From an uncultured Myxococcales bacterium (lineage in GTDB: Bacteria > Myxococcota > B64-G9): a DNA stretch of 64,000 nucleotides. The stretch's first letter is position 1; every line of letters starts with the position of its first letter. The translations under genes and the position numbers were made by a program. The notes below the pieces were generated by a model, which searched no databases, was not told the origin of the DNA, and worked only from the letters and a program-made list of their open reading frames with translations. Location: contig CAZENH010000032.1 of NCBI GenBank assembly GCA_964513625.1, positions 1 through 64,000 of the forward strand. The letters run 5' to 3'. Shown here in pieces: positions 46,675-56,278 of this stretch.

Positions 46675-48462
46675 ATGTCCAGGCAACGCACCAAGGTATT
46701 CAAGGGAATCGACGCCTCGCCCGGCATTTGTGTCGGACTGGTCCATCTGGTTGATCGGCGCAAGTTTCGTGTTCCCAAGACTCATGTTGGCCGGGAAGAA
46801 ATTGACCGGGAGAAGGAGAGATTTCATCGGGCAGTGGCCGTTAGTGTCTCTCAGCTTACGGCCATCAAGGACAAAATGGCGCGACGCGACCGCCAGGATC
46901 CGACCGCGATTATCGAGGCGCATCTTCTGATGATGCAGGACGAGATGCTAATCGGCGGTACCGAGAAGCTGATCGCCACGCGGGGCATCAACGCCGAGTG
47001 GGCGCTTAAAGACAAGGTGTCCGAGATCCGCCAGGTGTTCGATCGCCTGGAAGACGACTATTTCAGGGAGCGTCGCAGCGACGTCGAATTCGTCGGCCAA
47101 CGCATCCTGCGCAACCTGATGGGCCATGAGGCGGAGGTGCGCCCCCCGGGGCACGAGCGTGCTGTCATCTTGGCCCATGATTTGTCGCCGGTGGATACGG
47201 CCGGTTTGAGCCGCCAGAAAGTAATGGGCTTCGTCACCGAGGTGGGGGGCAAGACGTCTCATACGGCGATCATCGCCCGTTCTCTCGAATTGCCGGCCAT
47301 TGTCGGAGTCGAAGGCATACTTGATAAAGCCGGTATGGGTGACAGGATCATCGTCGACGGTTATCGCGGCGAGGTCATTCTGCATCCTTCCGAGCGCGCC
47401 GTGCAGGAGGCGCTCGTAAGATCACAGGGATTGCGCAGCCGGACCGCCGAGTTGGCCATGGAAAAAGCATTGCCGGCAACTACCCTGGATGATCACGAGG
47501 TCAGGTTGTCTTCAAACCTGGAGATGGTCGAGGAAGTGGAAACGGCGCTGCGTTACGGCGCCGACGGTATCGGCTTGTTCAGAACCGAGTTCCTGTTCCT
47601 CGATCGACGTCCCCCGTCCGAAGGATTCCAGCGACGTTGTTACCAGAGGATTTTAAGGCAGATGAACGGTAGGCCGGTCACAATCCGCACTCTCGATCTG
47701 GGTGGCGACAAAAGACTTCCTTTCCTGCGCTCGGAGCCGGAGGCCAACCCGGCCATGGGGCTGCGCTCGATCCGCATCTGCCTGAGAAACAGGCCACTCT
47801 TCTTGACCCAACTGCGCGCTTTGCTTAGAGCCTCGGTCGACGGCAGGCTGAAGATACTATTTCCCATGATCTCGGTTTTACATGAAATCAGGGAGGCCAA
47901 GGCCCTGCTGCAGGAGGCTCAGGAGCAGCTGCGGGCCAAGGGTCAGGCCTTCAGCGACGACATTCAGGTGGGCATGATGATCGAAGTGCCCTCTGCGGCT
48001 TTCATGAGCGACGTGTTCGCCGAAGAGGTCGATTTCTTCAGCATTGGCACAAACGACCTGATCCAGTACACGCTGGCCGTCGATCGGCAGAATGAGCAGG
48101 TTGCCTACCTGTTCAATCCATTGCACGTATCGATTTTGAGGATGCTCAGGCAGGTGGTCAAGAACGCCCACCAGGCCGGGATAGAAGTGGCCATGTGTGG
48201 AGAGATGGCCGGTAACCCGCTCTACCTGCACATCTTACTGGGGTTGGGGCTGGACGAGATCTCGATGAATCCCCTGGCGCTACCTTATGCGCGTCACTTG
48301 ATTCGCAGCTCGCGCATGAAAGAAGCACGCAAACTCTACCGGAGTGTAATCGAACTACGCGATTCCGGCCACATCCGCAGCAAGGTTCAGGGCTGGATGG
48401 CCAAGCGCTTCCCCGAGTTCTTCACCAAAGAGGGCAACGCCGATATTCTGGGCGGATTGTAG
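46675..48462 (+). CDS. ptsI: PEP-protein phosphotransferase (Enzyme I)
   Basis: GGKTSHTAIIARSLELPAIVG (phospho-His region) and a PEP-utilising C-terminal domain. Confidence 0.9.
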   Translation: MSRQRTKVFKGIDASPGICVGLVHLVDRRKFRVPKTHVGREEIDREKERFHRAVAVSVSQLTAIKDKMARRDRQDPTAIIEAHLLMMQDEMLIGGTEKLIATRGINAEWALKDKVSEIRQVFDRLEDDYFRERRSDVEFVGQRILRNLMGHEAEVRPPGHERAVILAHDLSPVDTAGLSRQKVMGFVTEVGGKTSHTAIIARSLELPAIVGVEGILDKAGMGDRIIVDGYRGEVILHPSERAVQEALVRSQGLRSRTAELAMEKALPATTLDDHEVRLSSNLEMVEEVETALRYGADGIGLFRTEFLFLDRRPPSEGFQRRCYQRILRQMNGRPVTIRTLDLGGDKRLPFLRSEPEANPAMGLRSIRICLRNRPLFLTQLRALLRASVDGRLKILFPMISVLHEIREAKALLQEAQEQLRAKGQAFSDDIQVGMMIEVPSAAFMSDVFAEEVDFFSIGTNDLIQYTLAVDRQNEQVAYLFNPLHVSILRMLRQVVKNAHQAGIEVAMCGEMAGNPLYLHILLGLGLDEISMNPLALPYARHLIRSSRMKEARKLYRSVIELRDSGHIRSKVQGWMAKRFPEFFTKEGNADILGGL

Positions 48463-48475
48463 CGCCCGATCGTTG

Positions 48476-48504
48476 TTGACAGAACCGCCCGTTTATCCGA
48501 TAGT
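48476..48504 (+). promoter_or_regulatory. Sigma-70-like promoter TTGACA-N17-GATAGT upstream of metK
   Basis: gtTTGACAgaaccgcccgtttatccGATAGTc lies 44 nt upstream of the metK ATG. The leader is too short for a SAM riboswitch. Confidence 0.4.
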
Positions 48505-48547
48505 CGCCACGGTTGTAGTAAAAATATGAAAACCTGGAGGAATAACA

Positions 48548-49717
48548 ATGAATGGAAAAGACTTTGAATTTACGTCCGAGTCGGTTAGCGAGGGTCATCC
48601 TGACAAGATGGCCGACCAGATTTCGGATGCGGTTCTTGACACTCTGCTCGATCAGGATAAACACAGCCGTGTCGCCTGTGAGACGCTGCTTAAGACCGGC
48701 ATGGTGCTGATCGCCGGAGAGATAACCACCGAGGGCTATGCCGACCTGCCAGAGGTGGCCCGCTCGGTGGTGCGCGACATCGGTTACGACGATTCATCCA
48801 AGGGTTTCGACTGGGAAACCTGCGCAATTCTGTCGGCCATCTATCAGCAGTCACCGGACATTTCGCAGGGAGTGACGACCGGCCAGGGTCTCAACAAGGA
48901 CCAGGGAGCCGGTGACCAGGGCATGATGTTCGGCTACGCGACGAACGAGACCGAGGTGCTGATGCCCACACCGATCTACCTTGCGCATCGTCTGGTGCGC
49001 AAGCTGACTAGTGAGAGAAAGAACGGTAAGATTGATTTCTTGCGGCCCGACGGCAAGAGCCAGGTGAGTGTACGTTACAAGAATGGCAAGCCGGTTGGCG
49101 TCACCAACGTGGTCATCTCAACCCAGCACGCGGCCTACGTGGACTATGAGACCATGCGCGAAGCAGTCATCGAGCAGGTGATCAAGCCCATCATTCCGAC
49201 AGACTTGCTGTTGCCGGATACCGTGTTTCACGTCAATCCAACCGGACGTTTCGTGATCGGCGGACCGGCCGGAGACGCCGGGCTGACCGGCCGCAAGATC
49301 ATCGTCGACACTTACGGCGGCTGGGCGCGGCACGGGGGCGGGTGCTTCTCAGGCAAGGATCCCTCAAAGGTCGACCGCAGCGCCGCCTATGCGGCCCGCT
49401 ACGCGGCAAAGAACATAGTAGCCGCCGGCCTGGCCGACCAGGCGGAGATCCAGGTGGCCTATGCCATCGGCGTGCCCGACCCGGTTTCTCTGATGGTTAC
49501 CACTTTCGGAAGCGGCAAGATCCCCGACGAAAAGATTACTCAACTCGTGCGCAAGCTCTTCCCCTTCAGGCCCTCTGATATTATCGAGCAGCTCGACCTG
49601 CTGCGCCCCATCTACCGCGAGACATCGGTAGGCGGCCACTTCGGGCGCAGCGGCAAAGGCTTCAGCTGGGAGAAGACCGACCGGGCAGAGTTGCTGAAGT
49701 CAGAGGCCGGTCTATAG
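48548..49717 (+). CDS. metK: S-adenosylmethionine synthetase
   Basis: [24 protein letters not shown] and GGGAFSGKD-type motifs. GGAGG RBS. Confidence 0.95.
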   Translation: MNGKDFEFTSESVSEGHPDKMADQISDAVLDTLLDQDKHSRVACETLLKTGMVLIAGEITTEGYADLPEVARSVVRDIGYDDSSKGFDWETCAILSAIYQQSPDISQGVTTGQGLNKDQGAGDQGMMFGYATNETEVLMPTPIYLAHRLVRKLTSERKNGKIDFLRPDGKSQVSVRYKNGKPVGVTNVVISTQHAAYVDYETMREAVIEQVIKPIIPTDLLLPDTVFHVNPTGRFVIGGPAGDAGLTGRKIIVDTYGGWARHGGGCFSGKDPSKVDRSAAYAARYAAKNIVAAGLADQAEIQVAYAIGVPDPVSLMVTTFGSGKIPDEKITQLVRKLFPFRPSDIIEQLDLLRPIYRETSVGGHFGRSGKGFSWEKTDRAELLKSEAGL

Positions 49718-49738
49718 CAACCGCCCCTGACCTGCGAC

Positions 49739-50554
49739 ATGAGCATTTTTCAGGGAATTGTCCTCGGGCTGGTGCAAGGTCTGAGTGAGTTCCTGCCCAT
49801 TTCCTCGACGGCTCACCTGCGGATAGTGCCGGCCTTGGCCGGCTGGCCGGATCCCGGAGCGGCTTTCTCGGCCGTCGTTCAACTAGGTACGCTGGCAGCG
49901 GTCCTGGTCTACTTTGCCAAAGATCTCTGGGAGATGGCTCGTGCCTGGGTCACGGGGATAGCCCGCGGTCGGCCCTTCGAGGAACAGCGGGCGCGCATGG
50001 GGTGGATCTTGATCATCGGCACGCTGCCGATCGGCGTTTTGGGATTGCTGTGTGAGCATGCCATAGAGACCAGCCTGCGCTCGCTTGCGGTTGTAGGCGC
50101 GGCTTTGATCGGCCTGGCCCTGCTGTTGGCTCTGGCCGAGGCGCTCGGCAGCCGCACGCGCACACAAGCACAGATCGGCTGGAAAGACGGCTTGCTGATC
50201 GGTCTGGCACAGGCCCTGGCCTTGATACCGGGAGCCTCGCGGTCCGGCGTCACCATTACGGCCGGCCTGTTTGCAGGACTCAAGCGCTCGGATGCGGCTC
50301 GCTTCAGCTTTCTGCTGAGCGTGCCTGCGGTCGCCGCCTCGGGGCTCTACGAGATGTTGAAGCTTTTTAGGGGATCGGTCGGGAGTGTGTCATGGGTGCC
50401 GTTACTTGTCGCAACAGCGGTGGCTGCGATAAGCGGCTATTTCGCGATCGCCGGCCTGATTCGTTTTCTACAGAAGAGATCGACGGCAGTCTTTATCGTC
50501 TACCGCATAGTTTTAGGCGCGGCAATCCTTGGATGGGTGTTGGAATTGTATTGA
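49739..50554 (+). CDS. uppP: Undecaprenyl-diphosphatase
   Basis: GLVQGLSEFLPISSTAHL and 8 TM helices. Confidence 0.9.
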   Translation: MSIFQGIVLGLVQGLSEFLPISSTAHLRIVPALAGWPDPGAAFSAVVQLGTLAAVLVYFAKDLWEMARAWVTGIARGRPFEEQRARMGWILIIGTLPIGVLGLLCEHAIETSLRSLAVVGAALIGLALLLALAEALGSRTRTQAQIGWKDGLLIGLAQALALIPGASRSGVTITAGLFAGLKRSDAARFSFLLSVPAVAASGLYEMLKLFRGSVGSVSWVPLLVATAVAAISGYFAIAGLIRFLQKRSTAVFIVYRIVLGAAILGWVLELY

Positions 50555-50754
50555 AGGCTCATGTTCCTGGTGCACGCAAGATACACGGGTGTATACCTTT
50601 ATAATTCAAACTATTACAAAGACAGACCAGCCGGAATAGCCGATTTTTGAAGCCTCCGGGTTGCAGTCAGGCATGCTTGCCGTGATCCTGGTTGTCCGAC
50701 CGCCGTGTAACGGGCTGGACAAGAAAGGGATTTTACGGTAGTAAGTAAACTTCC

Positions 50755-50770
50755 TGGCACATTATGTGCA
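50755..50770 (+). promoter_or_regulatory. Candidate sigma-54 (-24/-12) promoter TGGCAC-N5-GTGCA
   Basis: cTGGCACattatGTGCAg has exactly 10 nt between GG and GC. It lies 53 nt upstream of the 50823 ATG. Confidence 0.5.
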
Positions 50771-50822
50771 GTGTGTTTGCGACAACCTTATACAAACAAG
50801 TTGTTTTTCAAGGAGGGTTGAG

Positions 50823-52850
50823 ATGAGAAAGCTGGTTACTTTTTTCGTGGTCGGGCTTGTAGCTGCGGCTTTTTACGGTTGCGGTGCCGGCGAGAACGAG
50901 GGGCCCGTGGCGTGTGACAGCCTGCCTGACGGAAAGATCAAGCAGGCCTGCATCGACAAAAGCGCGCCCAAGGCCGATCGCTGGGATTCGCAGAATGACC
51001 CGCAACTTTTCGGGGTCAACCTCGATTACCAGCTTGCCAATTTGCCACGCCAGGGCCGGGTACAGCAGGTAGCCTGGCCGTCCACCTACTGGCCTACCTA
51101 CGAAGATTCGGTCAACGTGCGCTGGCAGGGTCAGAGCAGCCGCTCGCCTCTCGAAAAGTACGACATGGCCTTCAATAACTGGACGCCGCCAGCCGATTTC
51201 GACACTCTCGTGCCATTCAAAGACTGCGCCAACGAATTCGACCAGAAGTACTACGACGAGCTCGGTCCGGCGGCCAAGTACTGGAGTGAAAACCACGGCA
51301 ACAAGGCCATGCGCGACATTTGGAACGACCCCGACGGCAAGTGCGAAGAAGCAATCGAAAGCTGGTGGGGTCTGTGCCACGCCTGGGTACCGGCAGCGAT
51401 TCTCGAACCCGAGCCGCAAAAGGCGGTCACCTACAACGGCGTGACCTTCGAAGTCTCGGACATGAAGGCCCTTTTGATCATGGCCTACAATAACTCGTCT
51501 TCCCGCTTCGTCGGGCGGCGCTGTAATGTGCGCACCGACGAGATTGAGCGCGACGAGTACGGTCGCATCAAGCAGGTCGAGTGCCGCGATTCCAACCCGG
51601 GCACGATGCACCTGATTTTGACAAACCTGATCGGGCGCGACAAGCGCGCCTTCGCCGAAGATCGCACCATGAACTACGAGGTCTGGAACCAGCCGGTGAT
51701 CGGTTACGAGGTCAACTCGATGGACGAAAAGACCGAGGATGAGGCAGCCAAGCTGATCGATCCCAATTGTACAAGCCCCTGCGAGTACACCTGGAACACG
51801 GATGCCAAGGGCTTCTACCAGGTTGCGACCGATGTCCACTACGTCACCGAGTCGTCACCGGACACGGTGCCCAAGATCCCGCAGATCGACAGCTACACTC
51901 GAACTGATCACTACGGCTACATCCTCGAACTCGACGGCGACGGCGCGATTATCGGCGGCGAGTGGCTCACGACCAGTGGCGGCTCGTATCCCTCGCGCTT
52001 CAGCAGCCAAATGGCGCACCCCGACTTCTTCTGGCTTCCGCTGCGGGCAGGCTACGCCACCAACCGCAACGCCAGCCTGCAAAAGATCGAGATGCTGGTC
52101 AGGATGAGCCAGGAGGCTCAGCCGAGCCCCGACGGCGACGCCAAGGTATACAAGTCCGACGCGCAGGTCAGCATCCCGGACAACGACAAGGCAGGGGCAA
52201 CCGCCTCGATCGACGTCGGCGACGATCTGACCATCGGCTCGATCAAGGTCACCGTCAACATCACCCACACTTATATCGGTGACTTGACCTTGACGCTCAG
52301 GCACGATGGAAAGGACGTCGAGTTGCAGAAGAACGCCGGGGGCAGCACGGCAAACATCAACAAGACCTTTGAGGTTACTGACTTCAGCGGTTCGGCCAGC
52401 GGCACCTGGGATCTGATTGTGGTCGACAATGCATCCAGGGACACCGGCACCATCGATTCATTCGAACTGGCCGTGATCGAGTCCGGCGGCTCCAGCGGCA
52501 CGGGAGAGTCTTTTGTGAGCAGCGACGCTCTCAGCGTACCCGACAACGACGCCAACGGCGTGCTGAGCACGCTCGACGTTCCGGGCTCCGGCGCGATAAA
52601 GTCCGTAAAGGTGGAGCTGAACGTCAGCCACACCTGGATAAGCGATCTGAAGATCGAGCTTCGGCACGGAACCGGCACCTCGATGCTGCACAATCGCGAG
52701 GGTGACGACTCGGACAACATTGAAAAGACCTACGACGTGGACGAGTTCAACGGAGCGGACAGCGGCGGCGAATGGGAGCTGTGGATCTCCGACAACGCCG
52801 GCCAGGACGTCGGAACGCTCAACTCCTGGAAACTGACCATCGAACGCTGA
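50823..52850 (+). CDS. Secreted lipoprotein with unknown N-terminal ~420-aa domain and two C-terminal proprotein-convertase P-domains
   Basis: AAGGAGGG RBS; lipobox AAFYGCGAG. The N-terminal domain contains WWGLCHAW and downstream His residues, a possible Cys/His catalytic pair. Two P-domain modules end in GDLTLTLRHDGKDVEL...GTWDLIVVDN and SDLKIELRHGTGTSML...GEWELWISDN. Confidence 0.7.
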   Translation: MRKLVTFFVVGLVAAAFYGCGAGENEGPVACDSLPDGKIKQACIDKSAPKADRWDSQNDPQLFGVNLDYQLANLPRQGRVQQVAWPSTYWPTYEDSVNVRWQGQSSRSPLEKYDMAFNNWTPPADFDTLVPFKDCANEFDQKYYDELGPAAKYWSENHGNKAMRDIWNDPDGKCEEAIESWWGLCHAWVPAAILEPEPQKAVTYNGVTFEVSDMKALLIMAYNNSSSRFVGRRCNVRTDEIERDEYGRIKQVECRDSNPGTMHLILTNLIGRDKRAFAEDRTMNYEVWNQPVIGYEVNSMDEKTEDEAAKLIDPNCTSPCEYTWNTDAKGFYQVATDVHYVTESSPDTVPKIPQIDSYTRTDHYGYILELDGDGAIIGGEWLTTSGGSYPSRFSSQMAHPDFFWLPLRAGYATNRNASLQKIEMLVRMSQEAQPSPDGDAKVYKSDAQVSIPDNDKAGATASIDVGDDLTIGSIKVTVNITHTYIGDLTLTLRHDGKDVELQKNAGGSTANINKTFEVTDFSGSASGTWDLIVVDNASRDTGTIDSFELAVIESGGSSGTGESFVSSDALSVPDNDANGVLSTLDVPGSGAIKSVKVELNVSHTWISDLKIELRHGTGTSMLHNREGDDSDNIEKTYDVDEFNGADSGGEWELWISDNAGQDVGTLNSWKLTIER

Positions 52851-52860
52851 CGACCCGACC

Positions 52861-54531
52861 TCAGTAGCGGAAAGTCGATCCGCCGATAAACTCCCGCAAG
52901 ATCGAGTTTTGCGGGACCGCGTCGGGGAAGATCCCCACGAACAACGACAAGAACTTCATCATCCGGTGGATGTCCGGGTAGGCCGGGTCATCCTGGGGGA
53001 CCTCCAGCAGGAAGCGCTCGGCGTAGATCTTGAGCACCGCGGTTTCGTAGGGCAGGGCGCTGTTGAACATGTCGTCGGCCGACTCCTGGAATGGATAGAT
53101 GTCGCGGATCTCGCCACGCCGGACGGAAGACCAGATACGCAGGGTGTCGGAAGCCTTGTAGCCGCGGTAGAGACGATCGCGCACGATGCGCCGCAGCAAG
53201 CGGGCGTCGGTGGTATGGATGCGGTTTGAGTCGTCGAGGCACAACTGGGTCAGGGCCGAGACGTATACCTTGTACTTGGCATCGGGCGGGATCTGGCTGG
53301 TGAGCCTGTCGTTCAGGCCGTGAATGCCTTCGATGATCAACACGTCCTGAGGGGCCAGACGCATCGGCACCCACTTTTGCTCAGGTTGTCTCATGCCGGT
53401 GCCGAAATTGAAGCGCGGCATGTGCACCTCTCGTCCGGCCAGCAGGGACACCAGTTGCTCGTTGAACAGTTCGACATCGATGGCGTCGATTGACTCGAAA
53501 TCGTATTCGCCTCTCTCGTCAAGCGGAGTGTCCTCCCGGTTGACATAGTAGTTGTCAATCGACAAACCTATCGGCGCCAAACCGTTGACCTCCAGTTGTA
53601 CCGACAGGCGCTTGAGGAAAGTCGTCTTGCCCGAGCCCGACGGTCCGGCAATCAAGACCATGCGGGTGTGATCTCTCTTTTTTGCTATGGCGTCCGCGAT
53701 CTCGGTGATTCTCTTCTCGTGCATGCCTTCCGAGACGCGAATCAGCTGGTTGATGCCGCCGTGGGTGCAAAGTTTATTCAGTTCTCCCACGTCGCCGACT
53801 CCCAGGGTGCGGTTACGCTCCTTGCTCTGGCGATGAATGGTGAACAGCTTGGTCTGGTTCTTTGGCGGCTTGTCCAGTGCCTTGTGGTTTGCCGGCGAAG
53901 GAAAGCGCAGCACCAGCCCTGGCGGGTAGTGAGCAACACCGAAATGCGTAACGAAGCCCGTCGAAGGAGGCACCGGTCCGTGCAAGATGTCCAGTGTCTG
54001 GCCGAGACGAACCAGGCGGATATTCTCATGCCAGAACGTCTCGAGCAGAGCCACGCGATCGTTCAGACCGAGTTGGGTAAAGCGCCTGATTGCCTCCTGC
54101 ACCCCGCAGCGCTCGCGATCGAAAGGCGTGTCGGCAGCGGTGAGCTTTTGCATCTCGTCGCGGATGGCGTCTAGGTGTTTGGTGTTAATACCGGGCAGGC
54201 CGTTGAGATCGAAAAAGTAGCCGTCACCCAGCGACTGTCCGACGACCAGGCGCACTTCGGGAAAAAGAATCCGAGTCGCTTCGCGCAGCATTAAAATACA
54301 GCCACGCCGGTAAATCTCCAGGCCGGCATCGGTGTCTAGCGAAACCAGGCGCACCCTGGCTCCTTCGTGTAGGGCGTTGTCGAGCGAAACCAGGCGATTA
54401 TTGACTAAAGCGCCAATCGGGCGGGACAGTCCGAAGTCGGGCGCGATCTGCTGGGCGACCAGGGCCAGGGTAGTAGTGGACTCGGGAACCTTTAGCTGCT
54501 TGCCCTCGAGTTCGATCTGGATCGTTTTCAT
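52861..54531 (-). CDS. ThrRS-like TGS domain fused to a uridine-kinase/phosphoribulokinase-family P-loop kinase
   Basis: The N-terminal TGS beta-grasp (MKTIQIELEGKQLKV...VRLVSLDTD) is followed by Walker A VLIAGPSGSGKTTFLKRL and PRK/UDK-like conservation. Confidence 0.65.
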   Translation of the reverse strand: MKTIQIELEGKQLKVPESTTTLALVAQQIAPDFGLSRPIGALVNNRLVSLDNALHEGARVRLVSLDTDAGLEIYRRGCILMLREATRILFPEVRLVVGQSLGDGYFFDLNGLPGINTKHLDAIRDEMQKLTAADTPFDRERCGVQEAIRRFTQLGLNDRVALLETFWHENIRLVRLGQTLDILHGPVPPSTGFVTHFGVAHYPPGLVLRFPSPANHKALDKPPKNQTKLFTIHRQSKERNRTLGVGDVGELNKLCTHGGINQLIRVSEGMHEKRITEIADAIAKKRDHTRMVLIAGPSGSGKTTFLKRLSVQLEVNGLAPIGLSIDNYYVNREDTPLDERGEYDFESIDAIDVELFNEQLVSLLAGREVHMPRFNFGTGMRQPEQKWVPMRLAPQDVLIIEGIHGLNDRLTSQIPPDAKYKVYVSALTQLCLDDSNRIHTTDARLLRRIVRDRLYRGYKASDTLRIWSSVRRGEIRDIYPFQESADDMFNSALPYETAVLKIYAERFLLEVPQDDPAYPDIHRMMKFLSLFVGIFPDAVPQNSILREFIGGSTFRY

Positions 54532-54622
54532 TCGCAGAAACTATCATGCCTGCAGACAGCTGGCAATTATCGTACCGGGCTTGAATCAAACACATGTCGC
54601 GTGATATGCATTGAGCTGACGC

Positions 54623-55207
54623 ATGTTTGAACCAATCATCAAGGCACTGCAGGAATCGCGACCCGAGAAAATCTCCCGGGAGGGATTGACTCCGGCGGCC
54701 GTTCTTGTGCCGCTCTTTGTCAAGGACAGCCAGTTGTACCTGCTCATGAACCGCCGCAGCGAGAAAGTCGAAAAACACAAGCGGCAGATCTCTTTTCCGG
54801 GCGGAGCCTGCGATCCCGACGACGCCGGCTCCGTGGACACCGCCCTGCGCGAGGCGAGGGAGGAGATCGGTTTGCAACCGCAAGATGTTGAAGTGCTCGG
54901 TATCCTGGACGACACCTGGACGATCACCGGTTTCCTGGTGACTCCCGTTGTGGCCCGCATACCACACCCGTATCCTTTCGAGCTTTCTACTGATGAGGTG
55001 GACGAGATACTGGAAGTGCCCTGGAACGTGTTTTCGCAAAGGCTGGGGTATCATGCCGAGCACATGAAATACGACGGCCAGGAACACCAGGTGGATTTTT
55101 ATGAGTACGAAAACAATACAATCTGGGGTGCCACGGCTCGCATTGCCCGGCGGCTGATCGAGCTGGTCGAGTCATGCGGCAACCTTCCAGTGAAGGAGCG
55201 ACGATGA
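54623..55207 (+). CDS. NUDIX hydrolase (CoA pyrophosphatase-like)
   Basis: Nudix box GGACDPDDAGSVDTALREAREEIGL and an upstream NudL-like motif. Confidence 0.8.
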   Translation: MFEPIIKALQESRPEKISREGLTPAAVLVPLFVKDSQLYLLMNRRSEKVEKHKRQISFPGGACDPDDAGSVDTALREAREEIGLQPQDVEVLGILDDTWTITGFLVTPVVARIPHPYPFELSTDEVDEILEVPWNVFSQRLGYHAEHMKYDGQEHQVDFYEYENNTIWGATARIARRLIELVESCGNLPVKERR

Positions 55208-56271
55208 TTCACGCACTGATCATGGCCGGTGGTTCAGGTACCAGGTTCTGGCCGCTTTCCAGGCAATCACATCCCAAGCAGTTCTTGCCAATCGGCGGTA
55301 AGAAACCCCTTCTGCGTGCAACCGCAGAGAGGGTGCTGCCCCTCTGCGGATGGGAAGGGATAATGGTGGTAGCCTCTGAGAGACACACACACAATATCCA
55401 CAAGATCCTGCCGGAACTTCCAAAGAAAAACATGGTCGTCGAACCTCGGCCGCGCAACACGGCTCCTGCCATCGGTCTGGGAGCCGCCCACGTGGCTGCG
55501 CGGGATCCCGAGGGAACCATAATAGTGTTACCCTCCGACCACATCATCCACCCAGCCGGCAAGTTCCGCAAGCTACTGCGCGCAGCCTGCCTGGAGGCGA
55601 AATCAGATGCCATGGTGACGCTGGGAGTTGTCCCCACTCATCCAGAGACAGGCTTCGGCTATATTCACGCCGGAAAGAAGTTGCACGAGGTTAGTGGTTA
55701 CGATGCTTTCGAAGTTCTCGGTTTTACGGAGAAACCGGACTTGCCGAGCGCCGTCGAATACCTGCAGAGTGGTTCGTACTACTGGAACTCTGGCATGTTC
55801 ATCTTCACGGCAGCGTCCATCTTACACGAGCTGGCGGTTCATATGCCGCAACTTCACCGGGGGCTCGAACGCGCCATGGCCGCGAAGAAAGCGGATCAAC
55901 AGGGGATTCTCGAACGACTCTTTGGACGCATCGAAGGCGTCTCGATCGACTACGGTGTCATGGAGAAGTCATCGAGCATTCACGTTATCCCACTAGACAG
56001 TGCCTGGTCTGACGTCGGAAGCTGGGCGGCCCTGCCCGAGGTCGAATCGCGAGACGAGTCGGGAAGCATCATCCATGGAGACGTACTGGACATCGACTGC
56101 CGGAACTGTATTGTCCATTCGGAGGGCCGCCTGGTAGCTTGTGTGGGTCTGCAGAACATGGTTGTCGTGGAAACTCCGGACGCAGTGCTGGTTTGCCCCG
56201 TCGGAGAGGCGCAGCAAGTCAAGCGTATTGTCGGGGAACTGAAGCGCAGGAAAAGAAAAAAGGTACTCTGA
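55204..56271 (+). CDS. Mannose-1-phosphate guanylyltransferase
   Basis: MIHALIMAGGSGTRFWPLSRQSHPKQF nucleotidyltransferase N-terminus. GAAGGAG RBS. It overlaps the NUDIX gene by 4 nt. Confidence 0.85.
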   Translation: MIHALIMAGGSGTRFWPLSRQSHPKQFLPIGGKKPLLRATAERVLPLCGWEGIMVVASERHTHNIHKILPELPKKNMVVEPRPRNTAPAIGLGAAHVAARDPEGTIIVLPSDHIIHPAGKFRKLLRAACLEAKSDAMVTLGVVPTHPETGFGYIHAGKKLHEVSGYDAFEVLGFTEKPDLPSAVEYLQSGSYYWNSGMFIFTAASILHELAVHMPQLHRGLERAMAAKKADQQGILERLFGRIEGVSIDYGVMEKSSSIHVIPLDSAWSDVGSWAALPEVESRDESGSIIHGDVLDIDCRNCIVHSEGRLVACVGLQNMVVVETPDAVLVCPVGEAQQVKRIVGELKRRKRKKVL

Positions 56272-56278
56272 GTAGCAG

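Noticed and set aside
48463-48547. Possible SAM riboswitch upstream of metK
   Set aside because: The intergenic region is only 85 nt and is occupied by a sigma-70-like promoter. It has no room for the ~100-nt SAM-I aptamer and none of its conserved helices.
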